Assembly (NCBI GenBank): GCA_963675295.2
Contig: CAXXKJ010000002.1
Span: forward strand, 2,368,001 to 2,432,000
Direction: 5' to 3'
Source: a bacterium
Lineage (GTDB): Bacteria; Electryoneota; Electryoneia; Electryoneales; Electryoneaceae
DNA: 64,000 bases
The notes below the pieces were generated by a model. It had not been told where the DNA came from. It searched no databases and was given only the letters and a program-made list of their open reading frames with translations. Shown here piece by piece: positions 47,743 to 56,606 of the stretch. Both the position numbers and the translations under genes were made by a program. The first letter of the stretch is position 1. Each line of letters opens with the position of its first letter.

Positions 47743-48957
47743 TCACTTCAGCTTGATGTCGAGCCAGATCAAGCGGTGGTCGGAGGCGGTTTCGGCCAAC
47801 GCAGCGCCGTCCGCATCAGCGGTGGAGTCCGGCCAGAAGACGCCGCCGTCCACGATCTCGAGATCGGTGCTCGGCATCAGGTGGTCGATGCGCATGCCGT
47901 GATCGCCGAAGCCTGTGGTGTTTCGTTCGAAATGGTTCGGCGGTCCGGCGGGACGTCCCCGCAATGCGCCGGTGCTGGTGAGGAACTCGCCGCAGTCATG
48001 GATGCGGGGATGGGTGAGCAGTTGGTCAATGGCGCGTTGGCCAGTGCTGAGCGTGTCGCCAGTGGGGCCGGCGTTGAGATCGCCCGCGAGGACAAAGCTG
48101 GTAGTTTCCGGCAAGCCGCCACGGACGCCTTGATCATCCACCAGCACGTCGTCATTGTCGAGATAGTGCACCCACATGCGGAGTTCGTCATAGTTGCGGC
48201 GGCCGTTCCGGTCTTCAGGCCCGTCGAACACAGGGGGTGTCGGGTGCGAGACCAGCAGGTGGATCGGATCGCCGTCGATCAGAATGGGAATGTCCCAGTG
48301 TGACTTGCTGGAGAGGCGGAATTTCTGAATTTCCGGGATGGTGTACCAGCGCGGGGGGATGAGGTTGTCCGGTAGATCACGCCAGAGAAATTGCTGGAAG
48401 GTGCGGACCTGCGCGGTGTCGAGCGGCAGGTTCGAGAGCACGGCCATCGAGTACTGGCCGGGGTATTCGCCGTAGCCGAAGCAGTCCCCACCGTACGTGC
48501 GCGTGTGCAGGTCGGAGCTGGTGGCGATGTGGCCGTCATTATCGAAATCCTCGCCGGCAAGGATTCCGGTATTGCACGGTGCGGCGAAGACATGTGCAAA
48601 GGTGTACGCGTCCTCGCCCTGATCGAGATAGCGTTCGATGAACTGGCGTGCGGTCAGGCTCAGATCCTCGCCACGGGCGACAGCGTCGTAATCGTGATCG
48701 ATTTCCTGCAACACCAGCACGTCCGGCCGGATGCGCTGGATGATCTCCGCCGCCGCGACAAGCTGCTCGTCTTGGCCGATGCCGTGGTCGTCCACCTCGT
48801 TGAGCTTCTCCGTGGACAGTTCCCAGACGTTGAACAAGGCAATGCGAACGGTCTCGCCGGCGGGCAGCTCGGGTGTAGTGGAACAGGCGGTTAGCAGCAG
48901 AAGCATGGCCAGCAGGGCCGGGACCAGGACGGTACGCCACGAAGCAGAGGAACGCAT
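47743..48957 (-). CDS. Endonuclease/exonuclease/phosphatase-family lipoprotein
   Basis: Lipobox LTAC; FNV, LQEID, SHPTPPVFDG, GDLN, RIDH, SDH. Confidence 0.87.
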   Translation of the reverse strand: MRSSASWRTVLVPALLAMLLLLTACSTTPELPAGETVRIALFNVWELSTEKLNEVDDHGIGQDEQLVAAAEIIQRIRPDVLVLQEIDHDYDAVARGEDLSLTARQFIERYLDQGEDAYTFAHVFAAPCNTGILAGEDFDNDGHIATSSDLHTRTYGGDCFGYGEYPGQYSMAVLSNLPLDTAQVRTFQQFLWRDLPDNLIPPRWYTIPEIQKFRLSSKSHWDIPILIDGDPIHLLVSHPTPPVFDGPEDRNGRRNYDELRMWVHYLDNDDVLVDDQGVRGGLPETTSFVLAGDLNAGPTGDTLSTGQRAIDQLLTHPRIHDCGEFLTSTGALRGRPAGPPNHFERNTTGFGDHGMRIDHLMPSTDLEIVDGGVFWPDSTADADGAALAETASDHRLIWLDIKLK

Positions 48958-49047
48958 GGGATCGCTCACGGTCTGTGAAACCATTAACGGGTCGGCAGCA
49001 GGTTTGCCGCTACCAATGTACGAGATCGAGGCGGGGTGGAGAGAGCA

Positions 49048-49074
49048 GAAAACCCGCACCGAAGTGCGGGTTTC
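49048..49074 (-). terminator. Terminator after tRNA-Glu(CTC)
   Basis: Minus strand AAACCCGCAC-TTCG-GTGCGGGTTTT. Confidence 0.8.
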
Positions 49075-49080
49075 CCTACG

Positions 49081-49152
49081 TAGCGCGTACGGGACTCGAA
49101 CCCGTGTTACCGGCGTGAGAGGCCGGCGTCCTAACCGCTGAACGAACGCGCC
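49081..49152 (-). tRNA. tRNA-Glu(CTC)
   Basis: Minus strand GGCGCGT...CCGGC-CTCTCAC-GCCGG...GGTTCGAGTCCCGTACGCGCTA. Confidence 0.96.
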
Positions 49153-49239
49153 ATTTTTTCAAACGGCCCACAAAGTAACTCGTGCATCCGGATCACGCAA
49201 GGGGTGCGGAAAGCCCGGAGACACGGTTGAGGGGAACGG

Positions 49240-50196
49240 TCAATTGGACGAAGATTTCTGCTCTTCCTGCGCGACACGATCGGCGAGAGTGATCACCGCA
49301 TCGACATAATCCTCGCTGTGGTTGTAATGCCAGACCGCCTTACGCCGTCGCTTGTCGTTTTCGGCGTCAAAGCGATGGATCGCGAGGTAGTTGGCAACCG
49401 AGGCGATGGCGTCGCTGAGGTTGTCGAGATCGATGTGGTCGTCGCCGTCGCCGTCTTTCGCGTACGCCATGAATGATGACGGCAGGAATTGCGGTATGCC
49501 GTACGCACCCGCCCAGGATCCCCGTTCGTCGAGCGGGTCCATCTGGCCGTTCTGCCGCAGCTCGATCAGGGTTTTAAGTTCGCGGTACGCCCAGTTCGCC
49601 TTGGAGGATCGGCGGCGGTTCGCGGTGCTGATCGCGGCGTCGTGCTCCTCGGCGGGGAGGTCATGCAGGATGCGGTCCCAGAAGTTCGGCGCGTGGGTTT
49701 CGAGCGACTCACTGTTCAGCAGGCTGAGGGTGGCGAATACGTTGAACAGCGGGTACGGTCCCTTGTTCGACCCGAAGTCGCTCTCGATTTTGAGGATCGC
49801 GGCGACCACCTCAGCATTGACCGGCGAGGAGGCGAGTACCGTATCAAAGGTCGCCCTGTTCGCGATCAGGAACCGGTAGGTATCCTGCACGGAGGCGTCA
49901 CCCTTGAACCGTTCATAGGCTCCAGTTGCGTCCGGCTGCTTGATGTTGACCTTGAGCAGTTGCGGCAGCAGTTCGGTACGGGGGTCATCGAACATCTGAT
50001 AGACCAGCGTCGGGTCGATGCCGTCCTCGATGAGACGGTTGGTCAGCTCGTCAAACGCCGACGGCGGCTCGACAATGGAGTCATCCGCGAAGGCGGAGGC
50101 CAAGGTGATGAGCGCGAGCAGCGCGACAGCCAGGGCGGAGTGTGTCCAACGCGCGGCAGAACGGCGCGTGGTATGATGGTGTACAAATCGGGTCAT
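49240..50196 (-). CDS. mltB: MltB-family lytic murein transglycosylase
   Basis: ILKIESDFG, GSWAGAYGIPQFLPSS, DGDGDDHIDL, SVANYL, YNHSEDY. Confidence 0.88.
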   Translation of the reverse strand: MTRFVHHHTTRRSAARWTHSALAVALLALITLASAFADDSIVEPPSAFDELTNRLIEDGIDPTLVYQMFDDPRTELLPQLLKVNIKQPDATGAYERFKGDASVQDTYRFLIANRATFDTVLASSPVNAEVVAAILKIESDFGSNKGPYPLFNVFATLSLLNSESLETHAPNFWDRILHDLPAEEHDAAISTANRRRSSKANWAYRELKTLIELRQNGQMDPLDERGSWAGAYGIPQFLPSSFMAYAKDGDGDDHIDLDNLSDAIASVANYLAIHRFDAENDKRRRKAVWHYNHSEDYVDAVITLADRVAQEEQKSSSN

Positions 50197-50213
50197 GAGG
50201 GGCAAATCCGGTT

Positions 50214-51203
50214 TCAGCTCGTTGCGGAATCAGGGTCAGGCGTTCTCCGGTACTGCATCTCGATCAGGAACATGACCGCCCGGAGGACAATCTGGAACGC
50301 CTTCCGTCCTGAAATTGTGCGTGGAGTGGTCTCCTTCGCAACCCCATGGACGATGAGATTGCGGTAATCGGTGAGCTCGGCGAGGAGTTGCTCGAAGTTG
50401 GCGGGCCAATCTCCCAACCGTTCCTCGAGAAACATCAGTTTGGCACGTTTTTCGTTCATGCCGCGTTTGCGTCCGCGTTTGCGAATCATGGAGAAATCGA
50501 CTCCGACACGATGAAGCATCGCGTCGTAATAGAAGTCGAGCGCCATGGTCAGCATCACGATGGCGGCGAGATCCTCTTCTTGGCGAACGAGGCTGGCACC
50601 GTTCTGCAGGTACTGCAGCCACAACGGTTTTTCCCAATCGCCGGTTTCACCGAGTGCCATCCAGTGGATTTCCGCCGGTTCGGCGGGACGGTTCTTCTCC
50701 AGGATGCGGCTGAAGAGGATAAAGTTTTCCTCGCTGGTAGACAGTGGCAGTAATACCTGGTTGTTCGCGATCCACTGCCGGGCGGAACGGTTGCCATCCA
50801 CGATGAAGAAGACTTCCGGAGGACGGCGGTAACGCATGCCGAAATCGACGATCAACAGGTCATTGGGCGCGGATTGAACGTGTCCGTTGGTGGAAAAACC
50901 GGGCACGAGCGGGATAGCGTGCACCGAGTCAATGAACAGTTCGGGGTACTCGCGGTAATAGAGCAGGTAGCCGTCGACGTAAGGGAAGCGTGTATCACAT
51001 TTCGGGCAGGCGGTTTCCGCTTCCAGTCCTTCGCAGTTGTGTTCGAAATCGTGGAAGCACTTGGGACAGCGGATGGTGCGAATCGGAAGCATGGTCACGG
51101 GTTTCGGCGCGGAATCCGCCGTAGCCGTATGCTCGGCGATCTCATCCATCGCCGGACGGCCCTGTTGGATTGGAATCTGGCGTGACGCGTTCTTCGCTGG
51201 CAT
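50214..51203 (-). CDS. Hypothetical protein: Zn ribbon + beta-rich domain + putative HEPN domain
   Basis: CPKC..CPKC; C-terminal helical region with LTDYRNLIVHG (RxxxxH); start uncertain (51218/51203/51149). Confidence 0.65.
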   Translation of the reverse strand: MPAKNASRQIPIQQGRPAMDEIAEHTATADSAPKPVTMLPIRTIRCPKCFHDFEHNCEGLEAETACPKCDTRFPYVDGYLLYYREYPELFIDSVHAIPLVPGFSTNGHVQSAPNDLLIVDFGMRYRRPPEVFFIVDGNRSARQWIANNQVLLPLSTSEENFILFSRILEKNRPAEPAEIHWMALGETGDWEKPLWLQYLQNGASLVRQEEDLAAIVMLTMALDFYYDAMLHRVGVDFSMIRKRGRKRGMNEKRAKLMFLEERLGDWPANFEQLLAELTDYRNLIVHGVAKETTPRTISGRKAFQIVLRAVMFLIEMQYRRTPDPDSATS

Positions 51204-51315
51204 GTTGTTATCCAACAATCAGGAGTGATGTTTCATTGCACTACGGAAAAGTGTCCCTCGTTCGTCAAGAAGATACGCGCGGAAGGGTGTAGTGTGAACC
51301 CTGGACTCCGCAAAA

Positions 51316-53043
51316 CTACAAAAAGTCACTCCAGTCCAAACCCAGCGAAATCAACGTGTCGGTGGTATCACGGGACGATGAGCCATCTTCGAAGAAACGA
51401 GCGATTCCGCCGCGTACCCAGACCCTCATCCCGGCGATGGGGAACAGATCGACCCGTGCGGACGCGCTGAGCTGTTCGGTTGAGGTGGACCGGAAGGGAA
51501 ACTCGCCGGGTCCGTGGGTCTCGACCACAGTGACGCGCGAACCGGAGTCGTATTGCTTCACCCCGGCGACTGTCGCACCGAATGCGACCCACTGAGCGAG
51601 CTTGCGTTGGGCGTTCAGGCTAAGGCCATGGCCGGACCCGTCATGCTCAAAGGAGGCGGTGTAGCGCGCGCTGGCGAGCACGGTCTCGAACTGACGGGCG
51701 AGGTAGAGGCGGGACGTGTACACGTTTTCCGCCCGACGGGATGCGTCGATGTCACGACGCAGGCGGAACGAGCCGTCAACACTCCATGACGATCGTGAAC
51801 CGGCGAACACTCGAAGAAATAGGGCCTGGCGTTGCTCGGGGTTGGTTTCGCCAGCGTCGGGTTCGCTCCAGTCGGCGGCGAGGCCGGTGGAGAGGGTGAC
51901 GCGTTGGATAGTGTGGACCAGGGCGAGCTGACCGCCGGTGACACCGCCGGGGTCGGTGCCGAAGGCGAGTGTCGGGCGTGCGTGGAAGGTGGAAAAATCC
52001 TGCGTTGCCCGCCAGCCGCTGGCGACGACACGTGTGTAATCCGCTAACCGATTCGTGAACTCGAAACCGCCACCCATCGTACCCGCAGATTGCGTTGCGA
52101 ACTCGCTGTGGAATTCCAGGCCGCGATCGGGGTGCTTGACGTCCCAGCCGATCCCGGCGGTCGAGAACTGATTGTTGGCGAAACGGAAGCGGGCGTTGTC
52201 GACTGCGGGTGAGATGTCTTCGAGGAACTCGGTTGCTGCGCCGGTGAGGCCGAGCTCGCCGAGGTTAAACGGCAGGTGCAACGTGACGTGGCCGCCAGCG
52301 TGCCGTGCGGGAAGCTGCACGATGTCCACGCTGCGATCCTCGGCGTGATCGCCCTGGGTGGCGTACGGGTAAAGGGGAGCGTCGGCGTTGGCTTGAAACG
52401 AGTCGAACTCCTGCAGACCGGCCCAGAGGTCAACGCGTGCCAGCTGCCGGGTCGAACCAGGTCGATCGAAGGTGCTGCTGACCGCCGCGCCTTTCCAGGC
52501 CCAGCCTTCCTCGGCGCTGAGGTTCATGCGGATGCCGTCACGGGGGCGGCGCAGCGCGGCAAAGGCGTCTGTCGTGGAGGACCACGACGGTGTGCCGGAG
52601 ACAGTCCAGCCGAGTCCCTGATCCACCTGGAAATCTCCCGCGATAAGGCGGCTGCGGTGATAGGTGGCGGTGAGGGATGCGCGCCAGAGGTCGAGCACGT
52701 TGCGCTCGCCGCTGTCGCGGTGCATCAGCAGACCGATCATGACCGATTCGCGGTCCATGGTCAGGCGGGCATAATGCGCGGGAAACGGTTCAGTGTCCGG
52801 ATTCAGCACCCGGGCGCGAAACTGAGTGCCGGTGGGTTTCGATTGCAGCCACTGCCACACCGATTCCTGGTTGTTGCCAGCAACGTCCAGCAGGAGGGAG
52901 TATTCATCGCTGGGTTCGACCGGGGTGAACTCGTCCATGATGTAGAGCGAATCCTGTGCGGACGAGGTGCCGGACGCATGGAGCAGGCACAGCGCGAACA
53001 GCAGCGCAAGGACGGTTGGACGGATGGCTGGTGCGTGCGTCAC
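51316..53043 (-). CDS. Hypothetical outer-membrane beta-barrel protein
   Basis: Signal peptide, AGDFQVDQGLG motif, amphipathic strands; start overlaps the upstream stop. Confidence 0.6.
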   Translation of the reverse strand: MTHAPAIRPTVLALLFALCLLHASGTSSAQDSLYIMDEFTPVEPSDEYSLLLDVAGNNQESVWQWLQSKPTGTQFRARVLNPDTEPFPAHYARLTMDRESVMIGLLMHRDSGERNVLDLWRASLTATYHRSRLIAGDFQVDQGLGWTVSGTPSWSSTTDAFAALRRPRDGIRMNLSAEEGWAWKGAAVSSTFDRPGSTRQLARVDLWAGLQEFDSFQANADAPLYPYATQGDHAEDRSVDIVQLPARHAGGHVTLHLPFNLGELGLTGAATEFLEDISPAVDNARFRFANNQFSTAGIGWDVKHPDRGLEFHSEFATQSAGTMGGGFEFTNRLADYTRVVASGWRATQDFSTFHARPTLAFGTDPGGVTGGQLALVHTIQRVTLSTGLAADWSEPDAGETNPEQRQALFLRVFAGSRSSWSVDGSFRLRRDIDASRRAENVYTSRLYLARQFETVLASARYTASFEHDGSGHGLSLNAQRKLAQWVAFGATVAGVKQYDSGSRVTVVETHGPGEFPFRSTSTEQLSASARVDLFPIAGMRVWVRGGIARFFEDGSSSRDTTDTLISLGLDWSDFL

Positions 53044-53930
53044 GGCGCGACCGGGTGTTGCTGCCAGTCGAGGCCGAAGGCGTGACTCCAGCCCAGCCAG
53101 GGGTGGTAATCGTACGCGCCCATGCCGGTCAGTCCCGACCAGCGGAGGGCGAGTCCGAGGTGGATGCGTTCCGGCGCGCTGTCGTATCCAGCACGGATCG
53201 CGAGGGCGTCCAGCATCCAGATCTCAGCTCCGGCGCGGACGGTGAGGTCGCGATGCTCCATCCACTCGATTTCAGCGAGCAGAGTCAGTTTCTCGAGCGG
53301 CGTGTAGCTGCCGGCAAGGTGGAGCATGTGCGGCGGGTGATCGTCGGTAAAGGTCGAGAGCGGAGTGCTCGCCAAGTTCAGCGCAGAGGCACCCACCGAC
53401 CAGCTCCGGGTGGTGTAAAACAGGCCCAGGTCTCCGCTGAACGTGTTGTCGTTGCCGTAGTTCTTCACCTGAACCTGGGTAACCGACAGCCCGGCTCCGA
53501 GTTGCAGGGAACCGGGGAGGGGATACGAAACGTTCAATCCGGCAGTTCGTTCACTGTAGAGCGTTTGCCCGAAGCCGGAGAGCCAGCCGCCGAGGGTGAG
53601 GTCTCCCAGTGGCGCGGCGGCCGCGAGCTTAAACCGATCAAATTCCGGCATGTCAAAGGAACGGGAAAACCCGGCGCTTACGGAATAGCCTGTGATCGTG
53701 GTCCCGGCGGCGGGGTTGAGGATGCGGCTGCCGGCGTGGTACGGATCGGCGACGGGGCTGACGGACGTACCAAGCTGCAGCAGTGACGGCCCACGTTCCT
53801 CGAGCAGGGCGGAGGCTGTGGTTGTCAAGAAGAGCAGAGAAATCGCGGCCAAGACCGTAGTTCGAACGGTTCGGAGAAAATTCGTATATTTTGGAATCAC
53901 ATTCTTGACATGAGCTGACGTTGTGCGCAT
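53040..53930 (-). CDS. PorV-like small outer-membrane beta-barrel
   Basis: Signal peptide, LNPAA, GDLGL, GAEIW..LAIRAGY, YHPWLGWSHAFGL. Confidence 0.6.
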   Translation of the reverse strand: MRTTSAHVKNVIPKYTNFLRTVRTTVLAAISLLFLTTTASALLEERGPSLLQLGTSVSPVADPYHAGSRILNPAAGTTITGYSVSAGFSRSFDMPEFDRFKLAAAAPLGDLTLGGWLSGFGQTLYSERTAGLNVSYPLPGSLQLGAGLSVTQVQVKNYGNDNTFSGDLGLFYTTRSWSVGASALNLASTPLSTFTDDHPPHMLHLAGSYTPLEKLTLLAEIEWMEHRDLTVRAGAEIWMLDALAIRAGYDSAPERIHLGLALRWSGLTGMGAYDYHPWLGWSHAFGLDWQQHPVAP

Positions 53931-54255
53931 GGATGGTTCCAGGCTGATTTGATGGCCAAAAGAAGATAACATGTGGCTGACGGGATCACATGGAACCGAA
54001 CTGGAGCGCGTTCAACGGGCTCTCTTTTGTTTTAGGATACGAATTCCGTGGACGAATCACGGAATAGTGTAACGGCCTGCAACGGGATCAACGTGAGTTA
54101 GATCACAGAAGAACCCTGAAAGTTGCAATTAACCGTTATACGAACGCTATCCTTTTGGTTGATGTAGAACTAATTGGGATTTACGGCGTTTGAAATCTCG
54201 TGACGAGGGTGCGAATCTCTTGACTCAGTGGATTTGAAAGCCGTACGTTTGTGCT

Positions 54256-55722
54256 ATGAATTACCAAAAGTCCAAAACGTTCGCCCGGAACATCATTGGC
54301 GCAGGCGCCCTCGTGCTGCTGATCAGCTGCACGGACGGAACCCGTACGCCCGTGGATCCCAGGCCGGTGGACGTTGACCTGACGGAGATAGCTGCGCGGG
54401 ACACGTTGCGCGTGATTACGCGGAACCACCCGTTGACCTACTATCTCTACAAGGGGACTCGCCGTGGTTTCGACTTCGAGCTGATTCAGAAGTTTGCCGA
54501 CGAGCAGAACCTCGTCTTGGAAGTGGTGCTACCTCCGACGTGGAACGATATGATTCCGTACCTGCTTTCTGGCAAGGGCGATATCATCGCGTCGATGATG
54601 ACGGTGACGCCGGAGCGTGAGGAGCGGATTGACTTCACGCGTCCGTACAAGGATGTGTGGCAGGTTGCCGTTGGCCGCAAGGATGCTCCACCGCCGCGTA
54701 CGAAGGAAGATCTCGCGGGCCGGAGTGTGCTCGTGCGGCAGGGCTCATCGTACGATGAGAACCTGCGTGCGTTGCGGGACAGCCTTGGTGTCGATTTCAG
54801 CATCCAGTACCACGATGAAGTGAACGAAGTGGAAGATCCGGTGCAGCTCGTGGCGAACGGGCAGGCGGCGTTGACGGTGGTTGACAACACGATCGCGCAG
54901 CTGGAGCAGCAGTTCTATCCGGATCTGCGGATCGGTGCGTCGATGAGTGAGCATCAGCAGATTGCGTGGGGCGTGCGTCCCAACGCGCCGGAGCTGCTGG
55001 AAGCGTTAAACGAGTTCCTCGATCGCTATGATCGCAGCGCGTTCTTTAACATCCTCGAGAAGCGGTATTTCGAGAGTCCGCAGCGGTTCCGTATTCATCG
55101 CACCCACCAGATGGCGTTGAACCAGGAAGGCCGCATCAGCCGGTTTGACAACTTCTTCCGTGAAGCGGAATCGGATGTCGGCATCGACTGGCGTCTTCTG
55201 GCGGCGCAATCGTACCACGAAAGCCGGTTCTACCCGGAGCAAGTGTCGTGGGCGGGCGCGGTCGGCCTGATGCAGCTGATGCCGGAGACGGCGGCGACGC
55301 TTGGTGTCACGGACCTGTACGATCCGGAACAGAACATTCTCGGCGGTGCCCGGTATCTGCGCCAGTTGCTGGACATCATGTACGAGAATCTCGGTGAGAA
55401 CTCCGGCGATTTCCGTAACCAGATCAGTTTCGCGCTGGCGGCCTACAACGCCGGTCTCGGACATGTGTTTAACGCGCGCCGGCTGGTGCGCGAGCAGAAC
55501 GGCAACGCGGACAACTGGGAAGAAGTGGCGCAGGCGCTGGTGTTGCTTGAGCAGCCGGAATACTATCGCCGTGACGGGTATGCGTTCGTGCGTGGTGAAC
55601 AGGTCCGGCGCTATGTGTACGACATTTTGCACCGGTACGATATTTTTTGTGACCTGATCGAACGGGAACCGACTGAGAACGATCAGGATCCGGATGAGAC
55701 GCTGGTGTTGACGATGCTGTAG
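54256..55722 (+). CDS. mltF: MltF-type membrane-bound lytic transglycosylase (SBP + SLT domains)
   Basis: Lipobox LISC; LRVITRN..GFDFEL; DWRLLAAQSYHESRF, GAVGLMQLMP, LAAYNAG. Confidence 0.9.
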   Translation: MNYQKSKTFARNIIGAGALVLLISCTDGTRTPVDPRPVDVDLTEIAARDTLRVITRNHPLTYYLYKGTRRGFDFELIQKFADEQNLVLEVVLPPTWNDMIPYLLSGKGDIIASMMTVTPEREERIDFTRPYKDVWQVAVGRKDAPPPRTKEDLAGRSVLVRQGSSYDENLRALRDSLGVDFSIQYHDEVNEVEDPVQLVANGQAALTVVDNTIAQLEQQFYPDLRIGASMSEHQQIAWGVRPNAPELLEALNEFLDRYDRSAFFNILEKRYFESPQRFRIHRTHQMALNQEGRISRFDNFFREAESDVGIDWRLLAAQSYHESRFYPEQVSWAGAVGLMQLMPETAATLGVTDLYDPEQNILGGARYLRQLLDIMYENLGENSGDFRNQISFALAAYNAGLGHVFNARRLVREQNGNADNWEEVAQALVLLEQPEYYRRDGYAFVRGEQVRRYVYDILHRYDIFCDLIEREPTENDQDPDETLVLTML

Positions 55723-55940
55723 GAGAGGACCAATCAGGGTACAACTCTGATACTATTCCCAATTGTATTGCCCCGGCTGGATGACTGGCTGGGGCATTGT
55801 GTTTCTGGCAGGGATGAGTGGCAGTCTGCCTGATTGGCAGATCGCGGCAGAGGTACGTGTGGAGCGAGTCTCGGGTGCGAGTTGCCGTTTCTTCCCGTGT
55901 GCAGTACCTTTCGCCGTCTTTTCCGGCACCGGGGTTGAAA

Positions 55941-55955
55941 TGGCCTTGTGTTTGC
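55941..55955 (+). promoter_or_regulatory. Sigma54-type -24/-12 promoter candidate
   Basis: TGGC-CTTGTGT-TTGC (GG-N10-GC) about 55 nt before the FmdB-family gene. Confidence 0.4.
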
Positions 55956-56008
55956 GATGTGACTGGAAAAAAGAGTTGCACGAACAGTTTGTCCTGGAGG
56001 ATGTGACC

Positions 56009-56371
56009 ATGCCGACGTACACCTACCAATGCACGGAGTGCGGGCATGCCTTTGATCTGTTTCATGGCATCATGGAAAACGGGACGCGTCCGTGCCCGGT
56101 TTGCGGTGCGGAAGCCAAGCGCCGGATCGGTGCGGGAGCCGGCCTGATTTTCAAGGGCAGCGGGTTCTATGAAACCGATTACAAGCGCAAGGGCAAAGGT
56201 TCGGACAACGGCCTGATATCCTCGGTGGGCAGCAACGGTCACGCGCACAGCAACGGCAGCAGCGCGGAGTCCAGCAATGGGACCGCGAGCAGTAATGGAA
56301 CCAGCGCGCCGGCGAGCGAATCGAAGAAGCCGGAGAGCGCGAAGAAAACGGCGGACACGAAAGCCGCCTGA
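56009..56371 (+). CDS. FmdB-family zinc-ribbon protein
   Basis: MPTYTYQCTECGH..CPVCG..FKGSGFYETDY with a low-complexity tail; GGAGGA RBS. Confidence 0.9.
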   Translation: MPTYTYQCTECGHAFDLFHGIMENGTRPCPVCGAEAKRRIGAGAGLIFKGSGFYETDYKRKGKGSDNGLISSVGSNGHAHSNGSSAESSNGTASSNGTSAPASESKKPESAKKTADTKAA

Positions 56372-56392
56372 CCGGATCCGACGAACGTCTCG

Positions 56393-56430
56393 AGCCCTGT
56401 GCCGTCAGCGATCGGTGCAGGGCCTTTTTT
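56393..56430 (+). terminator. Probable intrinsic terminator
   Basis: GCCCTGTGCCG...CGGTGCAGGGC followed by CTTTTTT. Confidence 0.7.
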
Positions 56431-56606
56431 GTCGCTGATAGTACATGATTCGGGAGGTACGTGTTGCCGTCTCCGGCACGCCGTCAGCTGGTTTGACTCC
56501 CATCAGCGGCACTCCTACTTTCCATGCCACGGAAACAACAGACAATTCCGCGATTTACCCGTTGAAAAAGGGTGTGTTCGCGGCATAAACACAGGGAACT
56601 GGAACG

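Noticed and set aside
55964-55980. Third sigma54-like site TGGA...TTGCA
   Set aside because: GG-GC spacing is 11 nt rather than the required 10
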